A stretch of 64,000 nt of DNA from Rhodospirillales bacterium (GCA_965213765.1 OZ243926.1:2626971-2690970), one strand, 5' to 3'; shown: positions 47,350 through 58,418, numbered from the stretch's first letter. Numbers and translations are program-made. Notes: generated by a model from the sequence alone, not told the origin.

Positions 47350-47395
47350 AGCAATTTCCGGCCAAATGGTTCAATTTGGCCGGAAATTGCTCTAG
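47346..47395. repeat. approximately 50-bp palindromic element, copy P2 (perfect)
   Basis: ctagagcaatttccggccaaat-ggttca-atttggccggaaattgctctag, with perfect 22-nt arms. The two terminal CTAGs contain the stop codons of the convergent RHH gene and asmA, so it could act as a bidirectional terminator hairpin. Confidence 0.85.
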
Positions 47396-50300
47396 CGGCC
47401 CAGCCCGCGCAGGATACCCTTTAGGACATCGTCGACCCGCGGCTGCCGGTTCTGCTGCTGTCGGGTTGGCTGTTCGGGGCTCGGCTCCCGGGGGGTTGGT
47501 TCAGTTGACGGCTGTGGCTCCCGGGTCTGCTGTGTGCCGCCCAATATGCCGGGAAGCAGCTGATCGACCACGGCACCAACGCCCGGGTTCTTCTTTCTCA
47601 GTTTGTCGAGGCCGGGAATGGCAATCCCGCCGGTACCCGTCCCACCGGTTTCCAGCTTCACATTCGGGGAATCGAGCCGGCCGGTGATCTCGAACGGCAC
47701 AACCGGCGGCAGCCGGGTTTGCTGGGCAAGCAGGGCGACAAGCAGGTTCCGGTCCAGCCGCACCTCACCGGTCGTCCGTACCTGCCAGTTGGGCAGATCG
47801 ATGCTGCCCCGGGCGCTGCCTGAACCGACCCCCGACGACAGTTTCAGATCATTGAAGGAAGCAACCCCGCGGCCGACTTGAAACGTCGAAGTGACATCGG
47901 CCAGGCCACCGCCCCGGCGCCCGCCGAGCGCATAAAGGGGCTGCAGGATGCCGATGACCGGTGCAAGCATACTCCCTTGGCCTGCCCCCCCCGGATCGAT
48001 CCCCTTGAGTTCGAAGCGGCCCTGTCCGGCCAATCCGGCAACGATGTCCGCGACCGATCCGCCGGCGGAGGTCAGATCCGCTGCGAAGGTCAACCGCCCG
48101 GCTTTGAGCGCTGACGAATCAAGGGCGCGCATGGCCGCGGGAAGTCCGAGATTCCGCAGATTGAGCTGTGCGGCGTACCGGCCGCTTCGCCCGGCACCGG
48201 CAATCCGTCCACCCGCGGTCAGGGCGCCCCCGAAAATGCGGCCCGTCAGACGGTCTGCGTTCAACACGCCGTTCTTGAGGGACGCCGCAAGATCAACGCC
48301 GCTCAGCGTATATTTGCCGAACGTCAACGATTCCGATTTGAGGGTGATGTCGGCATCGGCAAGCCCAAGCGCGGAAAGATCGATGGCATCGGTGGAAAAC
48401 CGTCCGCCGCCCGTGGCGATCCGGACCAGCAGCTGCCGGGGGTCGAAGTTCTCGGGGACCCGGAACGCCGCAGGCCGGATCGGCCGCACGTCTGTTGGAG
48501 ATAGGGATGTCCGGCGTGGCGCCGGCAGGAACCGGTCGATGATTATGGCCCCGGTCCGCAAATTCATAGCGACTGCCGGCCTCAGCCCGCTCAGCTTTAC
48601 GCTCACGACGCCCGATACGGGAATATCCGCCGCCACCCCTTTCAAGCCGCTGACCGAAATGTCCGTCGGGTTGCCCGCCACCTCGGCCGAGAGTTCAATT
48701 TTTCCGAGCCGGCCCGACGGCGCGTACGAAAGCCCTGCGAGGCGCAAAAACCGCCGAAGATCGGAATGGACGATCCTGACCGCGGCGTCGACAGCGGGAA
48801 CATCGCCGAGCGCCGCGACGCGCCCGGAAAGTTTGGCTGCCCCCCGTGCCGCTTTGACGGTCATATCGACATCGAGGTCGGCCGGCGCGCCATTGAGCGT
48901 CCCGGACAGGGATACCGGCCCCAACCGGGACGGCGGTATCGGCAACCGTGTTCCGGTCAGCTTCAATATTCTGGACAAATTCCTCGATCGCACATCGAGC
49001 GTCAGGTCCTGAAGCTTCGGATTCGGGTTGGACTGACCGGCCTCCAGGCCGGTGACGGCGCCCTTGGCATTTGCCGTAACGCCTGCGGCGTCGGCAATTC
49101 GAAAGTCGCGTACCGTCAGTACCCCATCGAAAATCGTCGCATCGAGACGGAGATCGCGAATGGGAACCCGTTGAACCGTGAGCGCGCCGATCCGTGCCTT
49201 GATATTGGCGTCAATGCTGCTGAGGGCCGCTAGCGGCGCCAGGGGATTCGCGGGCGGCGAGGCCGCCGGCCGGGCCGCCGACTGGGCCTCCGCCGCGCCG
49301 GCCGCCGCGTTGCCTGCACCCGCTTTCGGCGGCTTGGCGGCGGACCCGGGGCTGCCGAGATAGGGATCGACATTTATCTTGTCGACCACAAGGTTTGCGC
49401 CTACGGCGAGTTTTTGCCGCAGCGCCAAGGTCGCCGCACCCGTTACGCGGGTATTGTCGACCTGCAGATCAATTTCGCGAAGCCGGATTTCCTTGGGCGT
49501 GGCGCCGACCTTGCCGGCAAAAGCGAGCTTGCGAAGGCGATCCGCGGCCGCCGCCGGGGGCGCAACGCCAAGCCAGGTCAGTACGGTGCGGAGGTCATTG
49601 GTGGACATGTCGACGTTTCCGTCGAACGCCGGTACGCCGTCCTCAATCGCGGCAAATCCAAACATGGCGAAATCGGAACCGCCGGGCAGCTGCGCGGACA
49701 CCTGATTGACGGTGATCTCACCCGCCGAGAGCGCGGCGTCGAATTTCGCCTCCCGTACCACGCCGCCGCGATAAACGATTGTTCCCACGGTGAGATTGAC
49801 GGACGCATTGATGTTTTCGGGAATCGCACGGGGCGCACCGGCATCCGTGCCGGGCGCCGGCGTTCTCGGCGGCGCAATTTCCCGTGAGGCCTTCGCCGCG
49901 CCCTGTGCCTGGGCTGCGGAATTCCCTTCGGCTGCGGCGGGGGTTGCCGGCTTGAGAAGCGAGTCAACATCCAACCGGTTCACCGTCAGCTTGGCGTCCG
50001 CATCGATCGATTCACCAAGTGTGATATCGATCCCGCCGCTGCCTCGTATCCGGTCGAGACTTAGATCAAGTTCGGAGACCGACACGGCGTCGGCGGCCGC
50101 CGCGACGTCCGCCTTAAGCGCAAACCGGCGGGACAGAATTTCCGGCAGGCGCGCGCGCCCACCCAGCGCGGCCAAAAACCCGGTGAGGTTTGCCCCGTCG
50201 ACGGTGATTCTGCCTTTGAACCGGGGCTCGGTCGGGAGGCCGGCAAGGGTGCCGCTCATTCGGGTCCTCACGTCTCCCGGCAAAATTCGGACGTCGGCCG

Positions 50301-51009
50301 AAAACGGCACCGTCCGGCCCTGGATGATCGCCCCCAACGAGATCTTGTAGCTCAATGGAATGCCGTGCGCGATCAAACTGCCGGTGGTTTCCAGGGGACC
50401 GGTCAGCGAAGCGGCGTTCAAGCGCCCATTGATGTTCCGGATACGCTCGGTTCGGCCGGAGCCTTCATCCCGGAAGATGACAGTGCCCTTTTCAATGACG
50501 AAGTCATCGACCACCACGGAAGGGGGCGCAGCCGGTCCCGGAGGCGGGCTGGCGGGCCGGCTGCCGGTATTTCCCGGCGCCGGTGCCGCAGCCTCGGGCG
50601 GTGAAAACACCAAATTGGTGCGGCCATCGGCAAAGACCTGTATGTCGAGGACGGGCTCCTCGAGACGAACCGATTCGACCCGGATGTTGCCGCCAAGCAG
50701 CGGCAACAGCGCCACCCGAACATCCAGAGATTTAAGGGCAACCATGTCGGCGGACGCGGCCCCCTCGACATTGGCAATCCGGATATCGTCGACCCGGAGC
50801 GTCGGCATGGGCAGCACCGACACGCTGATGTCGCCGCGGAGCTCCAGATGCCGGCCCGTGTTGTCTTTGACCAGCTTGACGATTTTGTCTTTGACCAGCT
50901 TGACGATTTCGGGCGTGCGTTCGTTCCAATCGACAATGCCCGGCACAATGAGAACGGCGGCGATTACGGCCAAAACCAAACCGGCAAGGACGGCGGCGGC
51001 AATCTTCAT
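47392..51009 (-). CDS. AsmA-family outer-membrane biogenesis protein
   Basis: 1205 aa with an N-terminal anchor (MKIAAAVLAGLVLAVIAAVLIV), a long repetitive beta-rich body, and a Pro/Gln-rich tail. Confidence 0.75.
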   Translation of the reverse strand: MKIAAAVLAGLVLAVIAAVLIVPGIVDWNERTPEIVKLVKDKIVKLVKDNTGRHLELRGDISVSVLPMPTLRVDDIRIANVEGAASADMVALKSLDVRVALLPLLGGNIRVESVRLEEPVLDIQVFADGRTNLVFSPPEAAAPAPGNTGSRPASPPPGPAAPPSVVVDDFVIEKGTVIFRDEGSGRTERIRNINGRLNAASLTGPLETTGSLIAHGIPLSYKISLGAIIQGRTVPFSADVRILPGDVRTRMSGTLAGLPTEPRFKGRITVDGANLTGFLAALGGRARLPEILSRRFALKADVAAAADAVSVSELDLSLDRIRGSGGIDITLGESIDADAKLTVNRLDVDSLLKPATPAAAEGNSAAQAQGAAKASREIAPPRTPAPGTDAGAPRAIPENINASVNLTVGTIVYRGGVVREAKFDAALSAGEITVNQVSAQLPGGSDFAMFGFAAIEDGVPAFDGNVDMSTNDLRTVLTWLGVAPPAAAADRLRKLAFAGKVGATPKEIRLREIDLQVDNTRVTGAATLALRQKLAVGANLVVDKINVDPYLGSPGSAAKPPKAGAGNAAAGAAEAQSAARPAASPPANPLAPLAALSSIDANIKARIGALTVQRVPIRDLRLDATIFDGVLTVRDFRIADAAGVTANAKGAVTGLEAGQSNPNPKLQDLTLDVRSRNLSRILKLTGTRLPIPPSRLGPVSLSGTLNGAPADLDVDMTVKAARGAAKLSGRVAALGDVPAVDAAVRIVHSDLRRFLRLAGLSYAPSGRLGKIELSAEVAGNPTDISVSGLKGVAADIPVSGVVSVKLSGLRPAVAMNLRTGAIIIDRFLPAPRRTSLSPTDVRPIRPAAFRVPENFDPRQLLVRIATGGGRFSTDAIDLSALGLADADITLKSESLTFGKYTLSGVDLAASLKNGVLNADRLTGRIFGGALTAGGRIAGAGRSGRYAAQLNLRNLGLPAAMRALDSSALKAGRLTFAADLTSAGGSVADIVAGLAGQGRFELKGIDPGGAGQGSMLAPVIGILQPLYALGGRRGGGLADVTSTFQVGRGVASFNDLKLSSGVGSGSARGSIDLPNWQVRTTGEVRLDRNLLVALLAQQTRLPPVVPFEITGRLDSPNVKLETGGTGTGGIAIPGLDKLRKKNPGVGAVVDQLLPGILGGTQQTREPQPSTEPTPREPSPEQPTRQQQNRQPRVDDVLKGILRGLGR

Positions 51010-51202
51010 TATGGGGTCCCTTCCCTAGACAGCCCGGCCCAGGTCGCGCAACCGGCTGTTCGTTCTCATGCGGAGGACGGCGTAAGTGTAGAGAAACCGC
51101 CGGGTCCAGGCAATTTCAATCGCCGGCAATCGGCGCCCGGTCACGCCGGTGTGACGACGGGCGATTGTGTCGGTTTGTTGCGGCGACTATCGTGCCCCCA
51201 AC

Positions 51203-52483
51203 ATGTGGCGCGCCCTCAAACATCGTGATTACGCCCTTTATGCGGCCGGCGGATTTATCTCGAACCTCGGCCTGTGGTTTCAGCGTATCGGTGTCCAATG
51301 GCTGGTCTGGTCGCTAACCGGCTCGCTGAGTCTCGTGGCAACGGTGGCACTGATCGAAGCGGCTTGTTTTCTGGCCAGCGTTCCGTTTTTCGGCACCGTC
51401 TCCGACCGCTACGACCGGCTATTGCTGGGCCGAATGGCACAAATCCTGCTGATGGGCCTAGCCGCAATCCTAGCGGTCCTCACCATTTTCGATATCATGA
51501 CCATACCCCTGCTGATGGTCTTGATGGGCCTGGCGGGCTTCTTCGAGGCGCTGTGGTCGCCGATCCGTTTGGCCATGGCGCCGAGCCTGGTGCCGCGGAA
51601 CGATCTGCCTTCGGCAATCGGTATCGGGTCCATCCTGTTCAACCTCGCCCAATTCGTCGGCCCTGCATTGGGCGCCGTCATCATTGCGGCGTTCACCCTC
51701 GACCGCGAAGGCATCGGCTGGCTGTTCGCACTCAACGCAATTAGTTTTCTCGGCTACCTCATCGTCCTGCTGATTATTCGTTTGAGGCACGACGAGGTCG
51801 GGTCCCGCCCAAGATCGAATTTCGTTGCCGATCTGCGGGAGGGCATCCTTTACATCCTGAACAAAAAAGAGCTCGGGCTGTTCTTTGTCCTCATCGTCTC
51901 GACGATGATATTCATGCGTTCGTACCGGGAGAGCCTGACGGCGATTGCGGACGGCATTTACGCCATGGAAGAGCTCGGGTTCGGGATTATGCAATCCGCT
52001 TCCGGCGCCGGTGCGATCATTGGTTCAATCATGGTCGCCAAGGTCAACCGAATCAGCGGCATGGTGCGATTGCTGTTTATCGCGGCGTTGCTGGCCGGCC
52101 TTCTCCATCTCGCTTTGTCGGCCACCAACTCGTTTTGGGTCGCGACGATCATTGTCGGGGGCATCAGCGCATTCGGATCCTACGTCGGAATCGGCGGCCA
52201 ACTGGTCGTGCAGAACTCAATCGACGGGTCGATACGCGGGCGGGTCATGTCGCTGTGGAGCATGAACCTGCGGGGAGGCCCCGCGGCGGGAGCGTGGTTA
52301 TGGGGGCTCGGGGACAAATTTTGGGCGCTTCAGTCGGTCATCGCCGTCAGCACGGTCATTTATCTGTTAATCCTGGGCGCCTTGCTGCCTCGCCTGCGAG
52401 GGATTGCAGCGGTCATGGAGCACGCACGCGACGAAACGCCTGGAGCGGTTTCCGGCCAAATCGGGCCATTGGACCGGGATTAA
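51203..52483 (+). CDS. MFS transporter (EntS/MFS_3-like)
   Basis: About 12 hydrophobic helices. ..MWRALKHRDYALYAAGGFISNLGLWFQRIG.. is a typical N-terminus. The start is at ATG 51203. Confidence 0.75.
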   Translation: MWRALKHRDYALYAAGGFISNLGLWFQRIGVQWLVWSLTGSLSLVATVALIEAACFLASVPFFGTVSDRYDRLLLGRMAQILLMGLAAILAVLTIFDIMTIPLLMVLMGLAGFFEALWSPIRLAMAPSLVPRNDLPSAIGIGSILFNLAQFVGPALGAVIIAAFTLDREGIGWLFALNAISFLGYLIVLLIIRLRHDEVGSRPRSNFVADLREGILYILNKKELGLFFVLIVSTMIFMRSYRESLTAIADGIYAMEELGFGIMQSASGAGAIIGSIMVAKVNRISGMVRLLFIAALLAGLLHLALSATNSFWVATIIVGGISAFGSYVGIGGQLVVQNSIDGSIRGRVMSLWSMNLRGGPAAGAWLWGLGDKFWALQSVIAVSTVIYLLILGALLPRLRGIAAVMEHARDETPGAVSGQIGPLDRD

Positions 52484-52584
52484 TTCGCGTCGTGGCCAGG
52501 CGCGCCGCGAACGGCGATGCCGGCCCGTCGGCGGAGTAGCGCAACGCCGCCACGACGCGAAGGAACCCGGCCTTCGGTGGCGCT

Positions 52585-52888
52585 CCCCGGTCCTCCGGAA
52601 AGGGGGTGAAGGAACCCGATGCGGCAACGCGACTACTCCCTCTCCCTCTGGGAGAGGGCCGGGGTGAGGGTGGGAGTGAGGGTGAGAGTGATATGGAAAT
52701 TCCCCCTCACCCAGCTACGGCTATGGCTCTCAGGCTTGCCAAGCCTCCGCATCCCTCTCCCCCTGAAAGGGGGCGAGGGTGCAAAAAGAAAGACTGGTCC
52801 CTCTCCCCCTGACGGGGGCGAGGGACCTTGCGCCGCGCCGTCCTCGTCGCCGCAACACTCCCATGGCGGCTCAATCGGGTCCGGACCC
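52585..52888 (-). repeat. GTCCGGAC-TIR mosaic element, copy R11 (inverted; TIR only at the right-hand end)
   Basis: Reverse-complement order of HP2, HP1 and hairpin modules, ending ..cgccgcaacactcccatggcggctcaatcgggtccggaccc. The following TA is part of the 5-oxoprolinase stop. The left boundary is approximate. Confidence 0.75.
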
Positions 52889-55800
52889 TAGCCGATGAAC
52901 CCGTACCCGCCCCCGCCGGGCGTCTCGATGACGAACACATCACCTGGCCGCATGTCGGTCGAATCGCAGGGTCCAAGCTCATCGATATCGCCTGACGCCC
53001 GTTCGACGTAGTTTCGACCCGCTTCACCCGGGCTGCCGCCGGCCAGTCCGAACGGTTGCACGGTCCGAGAACCGGATAGGATGGCGGCGGTCATCGGTTC
53101 CAAAAACCGGATTTTCCGAATGACGCCGTCACCGCCCCAATGCTTGCCTGCGCCGCCCGAACCCGGCCGCAGCGAAAACCTCTCCAGGATCACGGGAAAC
53201 CGCCATTCCAGCACCTCGGGATCGGTCAGGCGGGTGTTGGTCATGTGGGTATGGACCGCGCTCGCCCCGTCGAAATCGGGACCGGCGCCGGCGCCGCCGC
53301 AAATCGTTTCGTAATACTGGTACCGCTCATCGCCAAAGGTGAAATTGTTCATGGTGCTTTGAGCCGACGCCATGGCGCGGGCCGCACCGAACAGGGCATC
53401 GGTAATGCGCTGCGAGGTTTCCACGTTTCCCGCCACCACCGCCGCCGGGTAGCGGGGGCTGAGCAGCGATCCTTCGGGAATGATGAGGTCGATGGGGTCC
53501 AGACAGCCGTCGTTCAACGGAATATCATCGTCGACCAGACATCTGAACACATAGAGGACAGCTGCCCGGCAAACCGCCGAGGGAGCATTGAAGTTGGTAT
53601 CCGACTGGCGAGACGTGCCGGTGAAATCGACCGCCGCGCGGCGCCGCGGCCTATCCACTGAAATCGCCACCTTGATGGTCCCGCCGTTGTCGAGATTGCG
53701 CGCGAAATCTCCATCGGGCAACCGATCGAGCACCCGGCGCACGGCTTCCGCCGCATTGTCCTTGACGTGCCGCATATAGGCCTGAACGACCTCTATGCCG
53801 AAATGGCCGATCATTGAGCGTATTTCCGCGACGCCGCGTTCATTGGCGGCGATTTGGGCGCGAAAATCGGCGATATTCTGGTCCGGGTTGCGGGACGGAT
53901 AGACGCCGCTCTCCAGGAGTTCGCGCGCTTCCCGTTCCAAAAACCGGCCGCCGGCCACCAATTGAAAGTTGTCTATCAGCACGCCTTCTTCGCCGACGGA
54001 CCGGCTGTCGGGCGGCATGGAGCCCGGCGTCGTCCCGCCGATATCGGCGTGATGGCCCCGCGACGCGACGTAGAACAGGATTTCCGGGCCGGCTTCGTCG
54101 AACACCGGGGTGACCACCGTGACGTCGGGGAGATGGGTGCCGCCGTTGTAGGGCGCGTTCAGGACATAGACATCGCCCGGTTTCATCGTGCCGTTTCGCG
54201 CACGGATGATCGTCGCGACACTCTCCCCCATGGAGCCGAGGTGAACCGGCAGATGCGGTGCGTTGGCGACCAGACCGCCCGCGGCATCAAAAAGCGCGCA
54301 CGAAAAATCGAACCGCTCCTTGATGTTCACCGACGTGGCCGTGTTGGCGAGCACGGCGCCCATCTGTTCGGCGATGGACATGAACAGGTTGTTGAACACT
54401 TCGAGCATCACCGGATCGGCGTCCGTCCCCACGGCAACCTCGGCTTCCCGGGGGGACGTGCGATTCAAGATGAGGTGACCGAACCGGTTGATCTCCAGGC
54501 TCCAGCCGGGCTCGACGATCGTCGTCGCGTTTTCCTCGGCGACGATCGCCGGGCCCTCGATTTCTTGACCGGCCGCAAGCGTCTCCCGCGCGAATAACGG
54601 CACGTCCGTGACGCTCCCGCCGGTGAACACGGCGACGTTCTCGAGGGCGTCCGGCGCGGGCGCGGCGGCACCCGGGGCGGCAGCGTGTTCCGTGATCCGT
54701 TCCTCGGCGCCGCCGGCCTCGACGCGTACCGCCTCGACGATCAGCGGCCGTCCGTCATCGGCGAAACCAAATTGCCGGCGGTGGACAACATCAAACGCGT
54801 CGCGCAATTCGGAAAAGCCCGCCAACGGCACCTCGAGCGCGGTGTCGGTGCCGGCATAGCGAAGGGCGACGGTGATTGATGTTTGGATATTCGACTCCGC
54901 GATGCCCTGACCCGCGAGCTCGGCGACTGCCTCCCGGACCAAGGGAAGGGCGGCGGAAGCAAGCCGGTCGGCGGTTTGTTCGGACAGTTCTTCCTCGACG
55001 GCCAATGCCCGGAATGCCCGGACCTCGGCGAGGCCCATGCCGTAGGCTGAAAGCACCCCCGCCAACGGATGAATCTGAATGCGCTTGATGCCCAGCGCGT
55101 CGGCAACGCCGCAGGCATGCTGACCACCGGCACCGCCGAAGCAATTGAGCGTATATTCGGTGACGTCGTAGCCCCGCTGCACCGAGATTTTCTTGATCGC
55201 GTTCGCCATATTCTCAACGGCGATGGTCAGGAATCCTTCGGCGATCTCCCCGGGACTCAGTTGCCGCCCGGTTGCGGTCTCGATCCCGCCCGCCAATATC
55301 CCGAACTTCTTTCGAACGATATCCAGGTCCAGCGGCCCATCGCCGTCGGGGCCAAAAGTTTTGGGGAAATGACGGGCTTGTATCCGGCCAAGGAGCAGGT
55401 TGGCGTCGGTCACCGTGAGCGGGCCGCCTTTGCCATAGCTGGCAGGGCCGGGATTTGCACCCGCCGATTCCGGTCCGACCCGGAATCGGGCCCCATCGAA
55501 CCGAAGGATTGACCCGCCGCCCGCCGCCACCGTGTGAATACTCATCATCGGCACGCGCATCCGTACGCCGGCGACGACGGTTTCGAATGATCGTTCGAAC
55601 GAGCCGGCAAAATGACTGACATCCGTGGACGTGCCGCCCATGTCGAAGCCGATGATCTTTTCGAAGCCCGCCATGCCGGCGGTTGCGACGGCGCCGACCA
55701 CGCCGCCCGCCGGTCCGGAGAGGATGCTGTCTTTTCCCTGGAACAGGGATGCGTCCGTCAGTCCGCCGTTTGACTGCATGAACATGGTTCGGACACCCGG

Positions 55801-56505
55801 CAGGGCGGCCGAAACCCGATCGACGTATCGCCGCAGGATTGGCGACAGATAGGCGTCGACGGCGGTGGTGTCGCCCCGGGACACGAACTTCATCAACGGA
55901 CTGGCTTGGTGGGAAACGGAGATCTGGGTGAATCCCGCCTCCCGTGCGAGGCGCATCACCCGCGCCTCGTGGTCCGGATAGCGGTATCCGTGCATGAAGA
56001 CGATGGCGACGGAACGAATGCCGTTGTCGAAAGCGGCAGCCAGGGCTTCACGGGCGAGGCCCTCATCCAACGGCTCGATCTCGTTGCCGCGAGCGTCCAT
56101 GCGGCCGGGAATCTCCGCCACCCGGCAATAGACCTGCTCCGGGAGCTCGATATGAAGGGCGAAGAGGTGAGGGCGGTTCTGATAGCCGATCCGCAACGCA
56201 TCGGCGAAACCCTGGTTGGTTACAAGCAGTGTCGGTTCGCCCTTCCGCTCGAGGAGCGCATTGGTGGCCACGGTCGTCCCCATCTTGACCGCCGCAATAC
56301 GGGAAACCGGAATTTCGTCACCGGTTCCCACCTGAAGCGCGCGCCGGACACCCTCGATCGCCGCGTCCGGGTACCGGTCGGGGTCCTCGGAGAGCAGCTT
56401 CAGCGCCGAAAGTTCACCCTCCGGCGAGCGTGCCACCACGTCGGTAAAGGTGCCGCCCCGGTCGATCCAAAACTGCCATCCGGTTGTTCCGGCGTTCTCG
56501 CTCAC
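52888..56505 (-). CDS. fused hydantoinase A/B-type 5-oxoprolinase (ATP-hydrolysing)
   Basis: 1205 aa. HyuA-like N-half (..[15 protein letters not shown].. ..[11 protein letters not shown]..) and HyuB-like C-half (..DFSCALFD.. ..[12 protein letters not shown]..). Confidence 0.9.
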   Translation of the reverse strand: MSENAGTTGWQFWIDRGGTFTDVVARSPEGELSALKLLSEDPDRYPDAAIEGVRRALQVGTGDEIPVSRIAAVKMGTTVATNALLERKGEPTLLVTNQGFADALRIGYQNRPHLFALHIELPEQVYCRVAEIPGRMDARGNEIEPLDEGLAREALAAAFDNGIRSVAIVFMHGYRYPDHEARVMRLAREAGFTQISVSHQASPLMKFVSRGDTTAVDAYLSPILRRYVDRVSAALPGVRTMFMQSNGGLTDASLFQGKDSILSGPAGGVVGAVATAGMAGFEKIIGFDMGGTSTDVSHFAGSFERSFETVVAGVRMRVPMMSIHTVAAGGGSILRFDGARFRVGPESAGANPGPASYGKGGPLTVTDANLLLGRIQARHFPKTFGPDGDGPLDLDIVRKKFGILAGGIETATGRQLSPGEIAEGFLTIAVENMANAIKKISVQRGYDVTEYTLNCFGGAGGQHACGVADALGIKRIQIHPLAGVLSAYGMGLAEVRAFRALAVEEELSEQTADRLASAALPLVREAVAELAGQGIAESNIQTSITVALRYAGTDTALEVPLAGFSELRDAFDVVHRRQFGFADDGRPLIVEAVRVEAGGAEERITEHAAAPGAAAPAPDALENVAVFTGGSVTDVPLFARETLAAGQEIEGPAIVAEENATTIVEPGWSLEINRFGHLILNRTSPREAEVAVGTDADPVMLEVFNNLFMSIAEQMGAVLANTATSVNIKERFDFSCALFDAAGGLVANAPHLPVHLGSMGESVATIIRARNGTMKPGDVYVLNAPYNGGTHLPDVTVVTPVFDEAGPEILFYVASRGHHADIGGTTPGSMPPDSRSVGEEGVLIDNFQLVAGGRFLEREARELLESGVYPSRNPDQNIADFRAQIAANERGVAEIRSMIGHFGIEVVQAYMRHVKDNAAEAVRRVLDRLPDGDFARNLDNGGTIKVAISVDRPRRRAAVDFTGTSRQSDTNFNAPSAVCRAAVLYVFRCLVDDDIPLNDGCLDPIDLIIPEGSLLSPRYPAAVVAGNVETSQRITDALFGAARAMASAQSTMNNFTFGDERYQYYETICGGAGAGPDFDGASAVHTHMTNTRLTDPEVLEWRFPVILERFSLRPGSGGAGKHWGGDGVIRKIRFLEPMTAAILSGSRTVQPFGLAGGSPGEAGRNYVERASGDIDELGPCDSTDMRPGDVFVIETPGGGGYGFIG

Positions 56506-56616
56506 GTCGATTCGACCCCTGAGTTGGGATTCCCTGCGGCTGTCACAAATATTTCTGATGGATTTTCAGGGGTTAACCAAGAAGTTTCAAACCCGGCGGG
56601 CGGTTAGGCAGGGAGG

Positions 56617-56666
56617 CTGGAGCAGTTTTCGGTCAAATGGTTCAAATTGGCCGGAAACTGCTCTAG
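56617..56666. repeat. approximately 50-bp palindromic element, copy P3 (imperfect)
   Basis: ctggagcagttttcggtcaaat-ggttca-aattggccggaaactgctctag, with three arm mismatches in the 19-nt arms starting at gagcag. It ends 10 nt before the ATG of the DUF3750 gene. Confidence 0.8.
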
Positions 56667-56676
56667 GTTCATTGAA

Positions 56677-57474
56677 ATGACGCGATGGAAATCCATAACC
56701 CTCGTCGTTGCAGGATTAATTGTCGCCGGAACGGCAGCAGGCGCGGTGATGTCAGAAGCTACCCCGAGGAATTGGCGGACGGCCAGCCACGAGCCGGTCG
56801 GGTTGGCGCCCGATCCGGCGGCCACGCCCGAGGCCGTCGTCCAGATCTATGCCGCGCGCGCCTGGGGCTGGCGCGGCTACTTCGGTGTTCATTCCTGGAT
56901 CGCGGTCAAACCGGCCAACGCCGCCGGGTTCACCGTCTACGAGGTGATCGGCTGGCGCTTGCGCTGGGGCGATTCGGCGGTCGTCGTGCGCAACCGGGAT
57001 GCGGATGCCCGCTGGTTCGGCGCCGAGCCCGACCTGTTGGCCGACCTGCGCGGCGACGGCGTCGACGAGATCATCCGGGACATCGACGCCGCATCGCAAA
57101 CCTACCCGTACCCGGCCCGCTACCGGGCGTGGCCGGGTCCCAACTCCAACACATACACCGCCCACATCGCGCGGGAAGTCCCCGCGCTCAAGCTGGATTT
57201 GCCGCCGACGGCGATTGGCAAGGATTTCCTCGGCAGCCGGATAATTTCCAGGGCGCCGGGCGGTCGCGGCTTCCAGTTCAACCTGTTCGGAGTCTTCGGC
57301 GTCTTGGCGGGCATCGAAGAAGGCCTGGAATTCAATTTGCTCGGGCTGACATTCGGCGTGGATGCAACCGATCCGGCGCTAAAACTGCCCTTTGCCGGCC
57401 GAATAGGCTCGAACGGACCCGCGTCACCCCGAATTATCGAAGCCCCCGCCCGGCAATCGGAAAGCTCCCTCTAG
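56677..57474 (+). CDS. DUF3750 domain protein (membrane-anchored)
   Basis: ..IYAARAWGWRGYFGVHSWIAVKP.. ..YRAWPGPNSNTYTAHIAREVP..LPPTAIGKDF.. matches DUF3750 by recollection. The start is at ATG 56677. Confidence 0.6.
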   Translation: MTRWKSITLVVAGLIVAGTAAGAVMSEATPRNWRTASHEPVGLAPDPAATPEAVVQIYAARAWGWRGYFGVHSWIAVKPANAAGFTVYEVIGWRLRWGDSAVVVRNRDADARWFGAEPDLLADLRGDGVDEIIRDIDAASQTYPYPARYRAWPGPNSNTYTAHIAREVPALKLDLPPTAIGKDFLGSRIISRAPGGRGFQFNLFGVFGVLAGIEEGLEFNLLGLTFGVDATDPALKLPFAGRIGSNGPASPRIIEAPARQSESSL

Positions 57475-57605
57475 CGTTCCGTTGGCGGGTATCCGTCCCG
57501 CGAGGCATTTCGAATTGCGTCTTCAAAGCCGCGCGGGAAGCTTTCCGCATCAAAAACGGCGCGCTGACTAACGTTTTCCACGGCAACCAACGGAGCGGCA
57601 CAAAG

Positions 57606-58094
57606 ATGATCAAGACCTTGTATCTGGCGAATCCCTACGGGTTTTCCACACAGCAACGCGCGGGGCCGCTGGCGGCGCTTGTCGCGGCTTTGGAGGCGGC
57701 CGGCGCGGAGGTATGGGAACCCTTCGCCCGCAACAATCAGATCGACCGGGCGAGCCCCGGTTGGGCCTACCGGATCGGACAGGCCGATCTCCGCGACGTG
57801 CGCGACGCCGACGGGCTGTTCGCGGTGGTCAACGGCTGTCCGCCGGATGAAGGGGTGATGGTGGAGCTCGGCATGGCGATCGCCTGGGGAAAGCCCGTGT
57901 TTCTGTTCCGGGACGATTTCCGCCGTTGTACCGACTCCGAGGCTTATCCGCTGAACCTGATGGTGTTCACCGGTTTGCCGGAGGCGGGTTGGGATGCCTA
58001 CTGGTACGGTTCGGTGGAGGAGATCGCCGATCCGGGCAAGGCGCTCATAGGATGGTTGAAAGACGGCGGGTCCACCGTCAAAACCGCCGGCTAG
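57606..58094 (+). CDS. nucleoside 2-deoxyribosyltransferase-family protein
   Basis: MIKTLYLANPYGF.. and ..DEGVMVELGMAIAWGKPVFLF.. fit the NDT/Rcl-like fold. Only the last 162 codons of track ORF 56685..58094 are credible. Confidence 0.65.
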   Translation: MIKTLYLANPYGFSTQQRAGPLAALVAALEAAGAEVWEPFARNNQIDRASPGWAYRIGQADLRDVRDADGLFAVVNGCPPDEGVMVELGMAIAWGKPVFLFRDDFRRCTDSEAYPLNLMVFTGLPEAGWDAYWYGSVEEIADPGKALIGWLKDGGSTVKTAG

Positions 58095-58104
58095 CCGGCA
58101 TTTC

Positions 58105-58165
58105 TCACCCTGCCCCTCTCCCCCTGACGGGGCGAGGGATCTTGTGCCGCGCCGTCCCGCGGCGG
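58105..58165 (-). repeat. mosaic element fragment R12 (single hairpin module, inverted)
   Basis: cccctctccccctgacggggcgagggatcttgtgccgcgccg is the reverse complement of the cggcgcggcacaaggtccctcgcccccgtcagggggagaggg module. Confidence 0.65.
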
Positions 58166-58418
58166 CGCGCCTTTTTCACGGTCCGGTGCACCGGCAGGTT
58201 GAGTGCCGGCGCGTAGCCGGGTTGAATCTCTGGAATCTTCTGATACATCGTCCCGGCGTCCGCGTATCCGCCGGCGCGGCGACGCCGGAGGGCGGTTTCC
58301 GGAATGTCCGTGATTTCGTCCGTCGGCGGGCACGGCTATCGGAGCACGAAGCAGCCGGATCAAGCGGCCGGCATCCGGCAGCCGAATTGAAGATGTCAGG
58401 GGCTATCTGGGGCTATTC

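Noticed and set aside
56685-57605. N-terminal 300 codons of the 469-aa ORF 56685..58094
   Set aside because: It is an Arg-rich alternative frame of the DUF3750 gene. Protein-like sequence begins only at ATG 57606.
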